From Callorhinchus milii (taxonomy: Eukaryota): 64,000 nucleotides of DNA. A program made the translations under genes and the position numbers. Positions 37,558 to 49,839 of the stretch are shown in pieces (position 1 is the stretch's first letter; every line of letters begins with the position of its first letter). A model generated the notes under the pieces. That model ran no database searches. It saw only the letters and a program-made list of their open reading frames with translations, and had not been told where the DNA came from. Where the stretch lies: assembly GCF_018977255.1 (NCBI RefSeq), contig NW_024704742.1, positions 7,194,001-7,258,000 of the forward strand, in the 5' to 3' direction.

Positions 37558-37881
37558 ATAATAATGATAATAATAATCCTTGCATTTGATATAGCGCTTT
37601 TCACGTCGGGAGGACGTCCCAAAGCGCTTCACAGAACACACTGTAAAGTGAATTGACTGTATATTTGTGGGCGAACGTGGTAGCCAATTGCGCACAGCAA
37701 TGTCCCACAAACAGTCATGGATTGAAAATGACCAATTTATTATTGTTTTTGGTTTTGGAGGGATTATTATTAGGTGTGTGGAGTAAGGAAACTTGCCCAA
37801 GGTTTCGCCCTCTGCCTGGAATTGAACTCAGGTCTTTAGCTTGCAAAGCAAGTGCTCAACCATTGAGCTACAGGACTCCAC
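37558..37881 (-). mobile_element. Young SINE, full length, short subfamily
   Basis: Complete head (TGC anticodon), Deu core and gggacgtcctcccgacgtg tail. Confidence 0.93.
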
Positions 37882-38273
37882 AAGTAAGATATCTGATCTT
37901 TCACCCCAAAAAATCCAGTTGTACAGGTACTGAGACTTTATTCAGGCATTGAATGCAGCAGAACACCTTGTAACCTCATAGACACAGCCCCTGTCTTAAA
38001 CCAAACAGGGAGCTGGGATGTGTTGAACATTTTTTGCCCTTGGGTAAAATTACTTGCTGTCCATCGTAGGAGGTGTAGGAGATGGGTAGTATGAAAATGG
38101 ATGAGTAGTTTTGTTTCTGAGTTCTATCTATCCCTCCAGCATTTTATCACAAGGTTCTGAATTACACACAGTTCAGTAGTTCTGAGGATACAGGGTGTTC
38201 TTGGAGTTGAACAGGCTCCAAAGTTACATGCTTGGCAAAGGAATGTCAGAATCGAGTCTCGATAGTCCAGTTT

Positions 38274-38690
38274 CAGGCAGGTCCGGAATATTCCAGGGCA
38301 CTGCTGATGACAGCACAGACAGCCTAGCTCATCGGTAGGACCTAGAAGGGCAGATCAGCCATTGGGGTCAGAGACTTTCCCTACTCAGCTCCCACTAATC
38401 CTGCAAGCCAAAGCCTTAATGGGTAGGGTGGTCCTAGTAGGACAAGCAATGGGAAACAAAACATGCCAGACAGTGCTCTCAATGGCAACCTAAGCAATTT
38501 TAGCTGGTTAAACTCCAGCAATTATTCCAATGAACATCTGGGACTCTCCTTCCGACGAGAAAGGCGCTATACAAATGTAATTTTGTATTGTATTGTAATA
38601 CTCTCTGGAATTAGGTGAACTGGGAATGTGCCAAGGAGAGTGTGCACATTCCATTCCAGACACAGGGACATGTCTATGTGCAGGTAATAT
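38274..38690 (+). repeat. Unclassified structured interspersed repeat, copy 1 (interrupted by an L2 tail at about 38548-38597)
   Basis: Colinear similarity to 54208-54605, e.g. cactgctg.tgacagcacag, cctgcaagccaaagcc, ttttagctggtta.actccagca, gaattaggt. Confidence 0.8.
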
Positions 38691-38699
38691 ATATATGTA

Positions 38700-38803
38700 C
38701 AGGGTGACTAAAAAAGTTATGATATCTTCACTATTATCTAAAAAAATATTTCTTTAAGACTTATTAGACATTGTAATTGTATCATGACTTTTTGGTCACC
38801 CTG
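38700..38803. mobile_element. 104-bp Tc1/mariner-type MITE
   Basis: TIRs CAGGGTGACTAAAAAAGTTATGATA and (reverse complement) CAGGGTGACCAAAAAGTCATGATA, with TA on both sides (38698-38699, 38804-38805). Confidence 0.85.
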
Positions 38804-39169
38804 TAGAACTCTCTGATGGTTTGGATACTCTTAAAATTAGGTTAAACATACCCAGCTGACCATAAAAAGGACCTTTGGAAATTTAGTTTGTACACTGTTT
38901 AAAAGGTACTCAAGGGCTCGAAGAACTGAAAATGCATCAAGCTCTCTTCTGGGTCTTCTCTGTTTGAGTACAAACAAGTTATTTGCACTTAGTACAAGAA
39001 GAAAACTGGCTTCCGACCACACAGCAAGTTAGCACCGGTTTTGATAAACTGTATTCAGGAAAACTGGGTGTGAGTATTCAGACCATATAGGGAGATAGTA
39101 ACATAGAATGACCTTTTTCAGGTCTTTGGGATTTCGAATTATGGAATTGCATTAAGAAATACCACATAG

Positions 39170-39437
39170 AATAATAATAATATCATTAATAACAATCATT
39201 GCATTTGATAAAGCACCTTATCGCGTCTTTGAGACGTGTCAAGGTGCTTCATAGAATATACTGTAAAGTGTAGTGACTGTGTATTTTATGGGCGAGCCGT
39301 GGCAGTCAGTTACTCACAGCAACGTCCCACAAACAATCATGGACTGAGTGACCAAATTATTTTTTTTAAGGGATTATTACCTCCAGAAAGCGATCCGCCA
39401 ATCGACTAATAACTGGGTTCCTACTTACTGCTGGGTA
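39170..39437 (-). mobile_element. Young SINE, long subfamily, 5'-truncated
   Basis: Tail, Deu core and internal segment aaagcgatccgccaatcgactaataactgggttcctacttac. Confidence 0.88.
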
Positions 39438-41084
39438 GACCCATACATTGGTGCAGACCCATGGCACTGCTTCTGGGAGACTACGTTTGGTAGTTCCCTG
39501 CATGGGAGGGTTGTGGTAAATAGATTTCTCAGCACAATCCTCACAAACACAGGTCCAAACCAAACTACTAGCCTCTCAGAGCATTAAATTACACATATGG
39601 GTCTATATGAAGCTCAATCTCACGCAGCTGTTTAAATAACCTTAAATTAGATTGCATTTTCTTACACTTCAAAGCAATTCAATGAGATGGTTCAATTTGG
39701 TGAAGCACCGCATCAATATGCAAATATCATTTATGTTCCTGTTACCAATAAGATTTGTGGTTACTAAGGTGGCTCCCACCACCAGCTCAGGCACCCAGCC
39801 AGCACTGTCAAGCGCTTTGAGACATCCTTCCCAAGGTGAAAGTCGCTACATAAATGTAAATTATAATGCATTGTATTCTCCTAAAATGATGGAAATTCAA
39901 CGTTAAGTGGGACATTGGGAGCATGAGAAGCATCAGTACAGCAGCACGGCATAAAAATTGTGGAAGCGACTTTATAAATGAATTGGCTCAAAGCGATTTA
40001 CCCACACAGTCCCCAAGCTCAGTGCCATCAGCCGTCACTCCCTTCATTCTGCCTCTAACAGCCCTATTCTTGAAAGGCTTTGTTTCTCTTTTAATTAAAT
40101 ACACCACAGCTTGCTCCACGGGCTTTGTGGTCTAAGGAATGCTCATGATTAAAATCTTATAAGAGTCTTTCCCCAGCAACAAGCAGTAGGTAGTCATTAT
40201 TCAGAAGATTTAACTGGATAAATCACTTGAGTCACTTCTGAGCTTTAGCAGAAAATAAGGGATGAGAAAAATGTGACATTCAATGTCGTATGATTGCTGG
40301 TGAGATATTGCTGAAAAGTGCAATCCAAGCCTGTCTAAATTACCAGGTTTGGGATTAAAGCCCTCCCCACCAGCCCACCACCACTTTTAAACATTTGGGT
40401 CCGAGCCAGTGACAATCTCTATGCACCACGGTCTGTTTTTGCCTCTGTACTTGGTCCTTTCTTTCAGTCCTGCTGCTTGAATATTAACACAACTCAATTA
40501 AAATCCCTTCTACCCTGGATTCAAACATATAACAGGATCAATTTGCCTCCTGACTTAACAATACATGGCAACTCGCTGAACACAGGTTCCTTTCTGTGAC
40601 TTCAGTCCTGTTAACCTGGCTCAGTTAGTCGCAATCTTGCCTCTTGGTCAGAAGATTGTATGTTCAAGTCACAAGCTGACACTCCAATGTAACAAGAACA
40701 ACAGCAAGATTACATTTGTATATCGCCTTTCATGTCGGGAGGATGTCCCAAGGCGCTGGAACAACAACAACAACAATTTGCATTTCTATAGCGTCCCTGA
40801 GTGCTTAAAAATCGATCATTCACTTCATGAGACATTGTTGAGTTTCCAAACAGATCAAAGCTAGTCATTTGACCACTCACAGTAATAGAAAACCTCCTCC
40901 TCGCCTATAAACATATGACAAAAATGGCTTATTCAGACTTTATTTCCACGTACTTAGTAACACAAACTCTTGGACTCAAACAAGATCTATCCAATGATGA
41001 ATTACAATCCTTTACTGAAACACGCACATTCTAATCTGCAACAGGTTTAAAGTGGAGTAGGTTACAATTGATGCTGGAGCATAT

Positions 41085-41390
41085 TGTGGAGTCTTGTAGC
41101 TCAGTGGTTTGAAAGCGAGAGACCTGGGTTCGATTCCCGGCAGGGTGAAACCTTGGGCAAGTTTCCTCACTCCACACGCCTGATAATAATCCCTCCAAAA
41201 AACAATAATAAATTGATCATTTTCAATCCACAACTGTTTGTGGGACATTTCTGTGCGCAATTGGCTGCCGCATTTCGTCCACAAATATATAGTCAGTTAA
41301 CTTTGCAGTCTATTCCGTGAAGCACTTTGAGACGTCTAGAAGACATGAAAAGCACTGTATCAAATGCAAGGATTATTATTATTATTATAT
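41085..41390 (+). mobile_element. Young SINE, full length, intermediate subfamily
   Basis: A box, B box ggttcgattcc, short deletion in the anticodon arm, tail gagacgtctagaagacatg. Confidence 0.92.
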
Positions 41391-42357
41391 TAGATCCTTC
41401 TAGTCCAAACACACCCAGTCATGGATCCACAGTGTCTTTGAAGAGCTAAACAGATCAATTAGTGGCTCTGTCTGAAGGTAGAAGAGGCCTAGAGTTAGTA
41501 TCTGGAATCTACCCTGCACCACCCCGTGGTGCTCCTGCCCTCCGACTGTCATTTTGGCTATTTGGCAGCGTAAGTAAGTTATGAGTAAGACGTGGCCACT
41601 TCAGGGAGCAGATCTGCACAAACTGTGGATTTGCTTGGGTGCTGAGGCCAATTGTGCACAGCTTCTATTCATAACCTCACTTAGCAACGGCAAACTGGCC
41701 TCCAGTTGTGTGTAAATGTTGACTGTAAACAGCTGCAAGATATATGGTGCTAACCCATAGACTCCACCACAGTGTAAAACTAGGTCGAAGTCGTTAACTA
41801 TACTGCAGACAGAGGAGCGTGCCACGAGCGTCACATCATTTCTTCCACTTACTGCACTGTGATTTAGTCCAAAATCTGTCAGACTCCATTTCCATCTCAC
41901 ACCTCAATCTATCCCCTGACTCCCCAAGTCTCTATCCATCAAACAGTCATTGAAGAGGTGTGTGGGCGCAGCGGTTTAAAGGGAAGACACAATGAAAATC
42001 TTGAATAAGGAAGCAACTTTTATCAAATGTTTCTGAAATGTAGGCTGCGTGAAAGGCAAACAATTCCTGCCCTGCTGTATGACTTGTGGATGTCTCAGTG
42101 CCAACAGTATATCATTTCTAAATATTGGCAGTTTCATTCCCACTGTAACCGAGGGAGAAGCCAGACTGGAGATCAGTGATGGAGGTTGTCCAGCAAAAGA
42201 CAGATATAGCAGACCATAAAAATAGGAGTGCTTTGTTGTACAGTAGTTTGGTATTAGCTTCCACTTTGGTTCTCATTTCAGGTAGAGTAGAGGCGGAGAC
42301 ATTTTTAAAAATTGCCCCAAGTTAGAATCCTCATCTCACTGATTAATATGCAAAAAA

Positions 42358-42762
42358 ATGATCCTTACATTTGTTATATTACCTTTCACATTGGGAGGAC
42401 ATCTGAAAGCATTTCACACAATATGCTGTCGACTGAATGTTTTGCGGGCGAGCCCAGCAGCCAATTGTGCACAGCAATGTCACACAAACAGCCATGAAGT
42501 GAATGACCAATCTTATATTATCTGGCAAATTGTTGGCCAGGACACTGGGAGAAACTCCCTTCTTTTTTTCCAATGGTGCCATGGGATCACTAACACCCAC
42601 CTGAACAAGCAAACGGGACCTTGGTTTAATGTCTCATATACGAAGGATGGTATCTCTAGCATTGTAGCACACCCCCAGCATTGCACTAGAGTACGAGTTT
42701 GACGTCTGGACCTGGGGCTTGAACCCGCAACCTTGAGAGTGGTTGTGTCAAATGAGTCAGGT
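42358..42762 (-). mobile_element. Older Deu-domain SINE, near full length
   Basis: gttggccaggacactgggagaaactccc...gtgccatgggatc...cacctgaacaagcaaacgggaccttggtttaatgtctcat...ggggcttgaacccgcaacc. Confidence 0.85.
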
Positions 42763-42904
42763 TAATTGTGGTGCTGTGTGCAAATTGGTTGGTGCATTCG
42801 CCTACAAATACACAGTCCTTGCACTTTATAGAAAACACCAAAGCGCTTTGAAATATTTCAACAGGTTAAGATACTAAATAAAATGCGAGGATTATTTCAA
42901 ACCC

Positions 42905-43250
42905 AATACCAAACAAAATTATAGCGTCTTTCAACGTCTCAAGACGCTGGACAGTCAGGGATCTGGACCCGAACAGAGGAGCTGGGAATCAGGGAGGGTG
43001 GAGGGCAGGCAGGGTAGGAGGATGGCTGAAGGTGCGCCCGAAGAGGAGGGTCTTGAGACGTGCCTTGAAGAAGGCAAAGGAGGGAGCGAGGCAAAAGGTC
43101 TATGCGATGGAGTTCCAAGGGGTGGGGGTAGAGAGGCTGAAGGTGGGGCAGGCCGAGCAGGGGACAGGCCGGAGCCTCCTGAGCGGAGGGAGCGGGCAGG
43201 TTGATGTGGGTTAAGAAGGTCACAGAGGTTGGAAGGAGCAAGGCTATCCC
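42905..43250 (-). mobile_element. L2 3' fragment
   Basis: Similar to 10455-10860; antisense of FSLSTPTPWNSI..FKARLKTLLF. Confidence 0.85.
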
Positions 43251-43994
43251 TTTCACACTGCACACACAATAATAATAATAATTCTTCATCCAGAACTATT
43301 CATAATCAGCAGCCACTGTCCAACAGCTCAGAATGACAATGGCTATAATCCTTGCATTTGACATTGCGTTCGATCTTGTTGTCGAGATACCTCAAAGCGC
43401 TGCACAGGAGTGACTGTAAAGTGCTGGAACTGGGTGTATTTTGTGAGCAAAAATATCCACAGACCTGCAATTGCAGAATAAATAGCGGTCACACAACCTT
43501 CAGGATTTCAGAGGCATGTTTTTGCCTTTTGTGCTTCTTCAGAATCCAAACAAATTCTTATTTTTTGGACCTCTCATGGAAACTGAGTCATATTATTTTC
43601 CACTTGTCAGTATATTTCTTTGCACTTTGGCAGGATGTACTAATAATGAAAAGCACAGGCAGACTTGGAGTTAGTTCACTTGCCATTTAGAAAATTGGAA
43701 GTTACACTCACAGTCCAAGTTGTTGTTCATTTTAATTTCTCATTCCATGGGGCGGATTGCCTAGATATAGATTGGCCAAGGACTAGATGATCTACACAAA
43801 TCTATACCTATATCAGAACTGCAAATCAGTTCGCAAATTTCCTAAAAGATGGTTCTGCAGTCTATTACACAAAGTATTAATATTTAATGCATCATATTGT
43901 ATGTATTAATATATGTTACATTGGGTGTATTTATTTATTTGGCTGCACATAAATATAGATTGCCTTCATAATACCCAATATGCGATCTGGAGAG

Positions 43995-44695
43995 GAATAT
44001 GATACTCTCGCCCTAGTCAGAAGGTTGTGGATTCAAGACCAATGTCAGGGCTTGGAACTCATATAGTTCTAGGGCTCAAGTGACACTCCAATGCAGTGCT
44101 TGGGGTATGCATCGTTGTTGGAGGTGCCATCCTTCATATGAGATATCAAACTGAGGCCTGTCTGCCTGTTCAGGTGAATGTTAAAGATCCCATGGACCGA
44201 TTCAAAAAGAGAAGGGAGTTTTCAACCGGTGTCCTGGCCAATAATCTCCCAAACTAAAATTGAATTAAACTGGTTCAGAGAAAGAAAATTGAATAATAAT
44301 AATCCTTGCATTTGCTATGGTGCCTTATCACATCATCAAGCCGTCTCAAAGCACTTCACAGGATATACTGTAAAGTGGTTTCTGTATTTTGTGGGCGAAA
44401 TGTGCTGTCTGTGGGGCCAATTTTATTTGGGGAAATTGTTGGGCAGGACACCGGGAGAAACTCCCTTCTCTTTTTGAATAATGCCATGGATCTTTAACAT
44501 CCGTTTGAACAGGTAGATGAAACCTTGGTTTAAAATTTCATCTAAAAGACAGCACCTCAGACATTGCAACACCCTCCCAGTACTGCATTGGAGTGTCATC
44601 TTAGACTATGTGATTCCAGGTCCCGATGTGGAGCTTGAACCTACAACCATCTGTCTGCAGAGGCGAGAGTGCTACCACTGACCCAGGTTGTCACA
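43995..44695. mobile_element. Inverted pair of older Deu-domain SINEs (+ 43995-44255; - 44290-44695)
   Basis: ctgttcaggtgaatgttaaagatcccatgg on the plus strand versus ccatggatctttaacatccgtttgaacag; the heads face outward. Confidence 0.85.
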
Positions 44696-46014
44696 CAAAA
44701 ATTGAAAGAGAAATACTAGCGGAAACAATGAACTCTAAAGAATTTAACTTTTTGATTGAATTATTATTATTTCTCATGTTGAGGATTACAGAACCTTTCG
44801 TTTCACAAGATCAGTTTAGAAGAAGAAGGCTCTTCAGTCCTTGGGCAAGGTACTAAAGGATATCTTCCATACTATAAAATCTACCATTCTCCCATTATTT
44901 AACAGTCCTTGCGTAATCTCCTCCATGGCTCATCTTTCATTACTCTGCACAACTTCTAATGACAGTGTTTTAGAGAGTGTCTGGTTATCGAGTGCCACTC
45001 ACAGTGAAACGCTGTTTGAATAGCTTTCAACAACAACAATATAGAGTGTACTGTATGACACTCGTTATACATAACACTCTCCTTGTATGGCTTCCGAGAC
45101 AGCTTTTGCGATGTAACATTTTTCAATATCCATGTCGGGCAGGATTAACAATAATTGCATTCGTGACGAGAAAGATTTTGTCCGATGTAAGAACAATTTG
45201 TGAATACAAACCCGTGAAGCTTCGAGACTGATAACGTAACAATAGCGCAATTGATGGAATAAATGTAAGCTGTAACAAAAGCAGTACAAAACAGCAGCGT
45301 CGGAAACAATCGGCCAAAAATGCAAGCAGATTTCAGTCTTGTGTTGTTTGTTGTGCGAGTGTGCTGTTGGACGCGCATGAACATATTGTGTCTCATCAGG
45401 AAATTTAAATAATTAAGAATGGAGCCTTTAGATACAGTCTGCTGGATACAATGCATGGCTAACACGACAATGCCTGAACGGGCTCAAGCTGCTGGTAAGT
45501 GTGGACTCCAAGCTGAAATGCACTTTGTTATTCAACAGAAAACTTCTCACCCGATGGGGTAGCTATTGTTTAGGCCTTTGAGCCCCATGCGCAGTTTACA
45601 AAGCAAAGTTTTTTTTAAAACACCAAAAAAACATTGCAGGGCTGTGAAGTCCAATTAGGATTTGTAAAATTGCAGAAGAGCTATTTCAAGCTGTAGCTAA
45701 CAAATACAACTAAAGCCTCATACTTGGTGGAGCTGTTGCTAAGCTGTAATAGACCCTTATTGATTGTTAAGTTAATGGAACTCGACATTTCCAATAGCAG
45801 GTGGTAGTGGCTTTACAGCTGGCAATGGAAAGTCACCTGCTGCACCAAGTTGGCATTTTTCCCCTGTGCCGTGGTCTAGGGATCTGCACCAGGCTTTGCG
45901 CATTCTGTCGAGCATTTTACTCAGGTGCTGACAAGCTGCTGCAAGCAATAGGGCCACCTACAAAGTTTGGAGGTCCTCTTTGTCGAAGCTGCTTGCCTTC
46001 ATATTTTTATTTTA

Positions 46015-46312
46015 TGCGTTTCGCCCACAAAATAAAAAAAAATCAATTCAATTTACAGTATATCCTGTGAAGCTCTTTGGAGAAGTCTCGAAGATGTGAT
46101 AAGGCGCTATATCAAATGCAAGGATTATCATTATTATTGTTATTTTTATATTCTGTGAAGCGCTTCGAGACATCTCAAAGATGTAATAAGGTGCTATATC
46201 AAATGCAATAATTATTATTATTATATTCTGTGAAGCACTTTGAGATATCTCAAAAGACAATGATAAGGAGCTATATCAAATGCAGAGATTATTATTATTA
46301 TTATTATTATTA
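46015..46312 (+). repeat. Three tandem young-SINE 3' tails
   Basis: The unit tat(t/c)ctgtgaagc...gctatatcaaatgca..(att)n occurs at about 46060, 46148 and 46224. Confidence 0.9.
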
Positions 46313-46854
46313 TACTCAAGACAGGACTCTATATCCACTCCGGCTCTTGGGAGGCACACAACATTTTGTAAGCAACAAGATGTGGCTAGGGTAGCATTGG
46401 CTAGAACACTGGAACATTATCCTTAAAAGGGAAAAACTATTGATGCTGAGTTGGTATAACCACAGGTCTGCACCTTGTTGACAGCCTCCTATCCCAGCTG
46501 GAGCTCCCCATTGTTGCTCATCAGAATTGGATGCCTGCTGCTTATGTGGTTTTATAACTACTGTCAAGCAGAGATCCGAATTGCTGCTGGGGATAACATC
46601 TCCCCATCTGTCACCAGTGCGAAATCCATTTACAATGCGGTCATAAAAGTCCTCTCCTATTCTCGTATACAACAACAACAGATTACACTTGTATAGCGCC
46701 CTTCACGTCGGAAAAAGGTGTCCCGGGGCTATAACCATTAGATTCTATAACCGTTATTGACTGTTTAATTAAACGCTGAATGTTTGGGGTTTGTAAGATC
46801 TGAAATTCTATTGCTCTCTGGCCTCTCTCAAAATATTTTACCTCTTGTGATGGG

Positions 46855-47225
46855 TCAACCCGGCTCAGTTGGTAGCATAACTCGTCTTGGAGTTGGAACC
46901 ATAGAGCCATAGAAATTTACAGCACAGAAGAAGAAGGTCGTGAATTCAAGTCTGGTGTGTGCTTTGATTGAGACGTTAGAACGAGGTTCAATTTGCCTGA
47001 CCAAGCTGACGTTGAAGATCCCGTGGCATTATTTGAAAAGAGAAGGGAATCTCTCCCGGCGTTCTGAAGGCCAACAATCCCAAAAGAAAATTGGTCATTA
47101 CTCCATGGCTGATGTGGGGGCATTGCAGTACTCAAATCGGCTGCCGCATTCTTCCACAAAATGCTTACAGGCTTTGGGACATCTTGCCAACATAAGGCAT
47201 TGTATCAAATGCAAGGATTTTTATT
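46855..47225 (+). mobile_element. Older Deu-domain SINE, fragmented
   Basis: Head cccggctcagttggtagca; gagacgttagaacgaggttc...gacgttgaagatcccgtggcattatttgaaaagagaaggg. Confidence 0.7.
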
Positions 47226-47344
47226 TATTTTATTTACTCCTTTTTTTTCCACTGGGATATTTTCCACAGATATCCTTCAGTACCTTGCCCATGTCAGCCA
47301 CACATGTGCCCCGCCAAGAGGGGTAATAATCATTGCATCAAAAA

Positions 47345-47885
47345 AAGTTGATCAATCAATCCACGACTGTTTGTGGGACGCTGCTGTATATAATTGGCTG
47401 CCGAGTTTCGCCCACGAAATACAGTCAATTCACTTTACAGTATATTCTGTGGAGCATTTTGAGACGTCTCGAAGACATGATAAGGCACTATATCAAATGA
47501 GAGGATTATTATTATTATCATTATTAGTGGCCCTCAATAGCATGAGATTTGGCTGATTTTATTCCTCTTCCCCAGCCACTAAAACTGATCAGAATGAAAC
47601 CAAAGCACTTGATGCTGTCATGGGATGGCAGTAGGATGGTTTTTCCTTCAGGATGAGATCGGTTGGGATGAAGGGTCTTTATCCGTATCACTCTTGTGAA
47701 GGTAGATCTTAGTGGTTGGAAAGCCTCTAATCTGTGTTTGTGATGGTGATACACAATGATAATACTTGCATTTGACATAGCGCTTTTCACGTCTTCTCGA
47801 CGTCTCAAAGCACTTCACAGAATATACTGCAAAGTGAATTGAACTGTATATTTGTGGGCGAAACGCGGCAGTCAATTGCACACAA
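47345..47885. mobile_element. Two young-SINE 3' parts, tail-to-tail (+ 47345-47525; - 47755-47885)
   Basis: Deu core and tail in opposite orientations, about 230 bp apart. Confidence 0.88.
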
Positions 47886-48739
47886 TGGGTCAAATGGCCT
47901 TTTTGTCTGTGCTGTTAAATAAAAATCACTGGGCTGAGATCAACTAACTCAGCAACAGACTAAGAAGAGAGTCTGAGACCCTTCCAAATTGTAAGGACTG
48001 AGAAGCCTGAATTCTGCAGTTTATTTCCGTTAAAAAAAGGTCTGTTAAAAAGTCTGCAAGCTTTCCAAATTGTAAGGACAGAGGAGCCTGATTTCATGCA
48101 GTTTATTTCTATTTGTGTATCTCCATGGAAGTTCAACCCTCCTTTCCCCCGCGAGTTATTACAGCTGTTATTACAATAATAATATAATAATATTTTAGCT
48201 GTGTTACGGACACACACAGATGGGACAGGGTATCTACATTAGACAATCATCACTGCCAAAGAATAATTTTGTCACTTGGTTTTTAATGTGAGTGTAAACT
48301 GTGTCCCTTGAATCTCAAAGGAATAACAAAACATTGCTGAGATTTCGAGAGGTGTGAAGGAAACACCAATCAAGACAGCCCTAATCCCTTATTCTGGTTT
48401 CCACCGATGCTTAATTTCTCTCTGCAGTCAATGATACTTCGCACCTCGGTTCAGTATTCTATAAACCATGGGAACCAGTCAAAGCAATTAGCAAAGTGAC
48501 AAGTGAACTACGTGTTAGATCACAATCATGTGCTGAAAGCTTTCTCTGCTAAAGTGCATAATATTTATTGAATTGTTACCATCCGCAACTAACGTGTCAC
48601 AGGATAATGGGACTGAAGGGTTCCCAGCTTAATCTTTTAAACATTTATTGATAGCATGCTCTTACCTACAAAATTGGGTTCAAAAGAGATCGCTATGTTT
48701 TCATCTTTTGAAACTGTGGCAATTCGCATTGGAAGGGCA

Positions 48740-49180
48740 TTAGATATAAAATAAAACCAATTGACAAAAAAAGATCCATACCTGAGCAGAGAACAACAAT
48801 TGATTCAGTGAAGGCAAATTGAATTCTAGATATTCTAAATAGGGATATAGAATTTAAAACCGAAGAGGTAATGCTAAACTTATATAAATCGTTAGGTGGA
48901 CTGCAATTAGAATATGAGTCCACTTTTGGTCACTCCACTTTAGGAAAAACGAACTAGATAAATACCTGGAAACAAACATCCAGCACCTTGGGACGTCCTC
49001 CCAATGTGAAAGGCGTTTTTCAAATGTAATTTTGTTTTGTATTGTATTGTATTGCAAACAACAGGGCATGGGAAAAGGGCAAGTAAATGGAACTGAAAGG
49101 ATTGATCTTAAAAGAGCCAGCACAGACACAATGGTCCGAATGGCCCACTTCTGTGCTATAAATTTCTATGGTTCTACAGC
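48740..49180 (+). mobile_element. CR1 fragments with a nested L2 tail (about 48980-49055)
   Basis: VKAN*ILDILNRDIEFKTEEVMLNLYKSLG..LEY; CR1 end ggtccgaatggcccacttctgtgct...ttctatggttcta. Confidence 0.7.
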
Positions 49181-49244
49181 TGAGTTGCTGACAAAGATCT
49201 TTACTCCTGAGTTTGAAGCTGCACTGGAGAGCAAATTCTAAATC

Positions 49245-49400
49245 TGTCTGTCCATCAATTTCTCAGTTGTCTGTCTGTCCATCTATCCACCCACAATTGT
49301 ATCTCTATCAATTCATCTTTGTCTACCTCCCTGTCCTTTGTCCATCTGTTTGTTCATCCATTCACCCATCCTTTCATCCATTCACCTAGCCATCCATCTA
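49245..49400. repeat. Degenerate (TCCA/TCTA/TCTG)n tetranucleotide tract
   Basis: ctgtctgtccatctatccacccac...catccattcacccatcc. Confidence 0.75.
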
Positions 49401-49465
49401 GCTCAGTTGGCATCACTCAGAAGAAGATTGGAGGTTCAAACCCCATTTCAGGTCTTTGAGTTCGT

Positions 49466-49839
49466 AGTCCTGCAGCTCAGTGGTTAGAGCACTTGCCTCC
49501 CAAGCGAGAGACCTGGGTTCAATTCCCGGCAGGGAAAAATGTTGGACAAATTTCCTTACTCCTCACATCTCAGTTAACCGAGCAGTAAGTAGGAACCCAG
49601 TTGTTAGTTGATTGGCTGATCCCTTTTCCAGGGATAATATTCGCTTCAAAAAAATTAAAAGAATAATAAATTGGTGACTCAATCCACGACTGTTGTGGGT
49701 CACTGCTGTACGCAATTGGCTGCCGTGTTTTGCCCACAAAATATAGTCAATTCACTTTACAGTATATTCTGTGAAGCGCTTTGAGACGTCTCAAAGACGT
49801 GATAAGGCGCTGTATTAAAATGCAGGGATTATTATTATT
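49466..49839 (+). mobile_element. Young SINE, full length, long subfamily, nested in an older Deu SINE (49398-50045)
   Basis: The old head tagctcagttggcatc..ggttcaaacccc..gagttcgt resumes as gtcttggctaacgctccattgc after the young copy's tail. Confidence 0.9.

Noticed and set aside
38304..38310. CTGATGA as a hammerhead core or snoRNA C box
   Set aside because: There is no properly placed GAAA or D box, and the homologous copy reads CTGTTGA. It is the loop region of a small hairpin.
46015..46312. CRISPR-like repeat array
   Set aside because: The context is eukaryotic, the units are SINE tails without unique spacers, and there are no cas genes.
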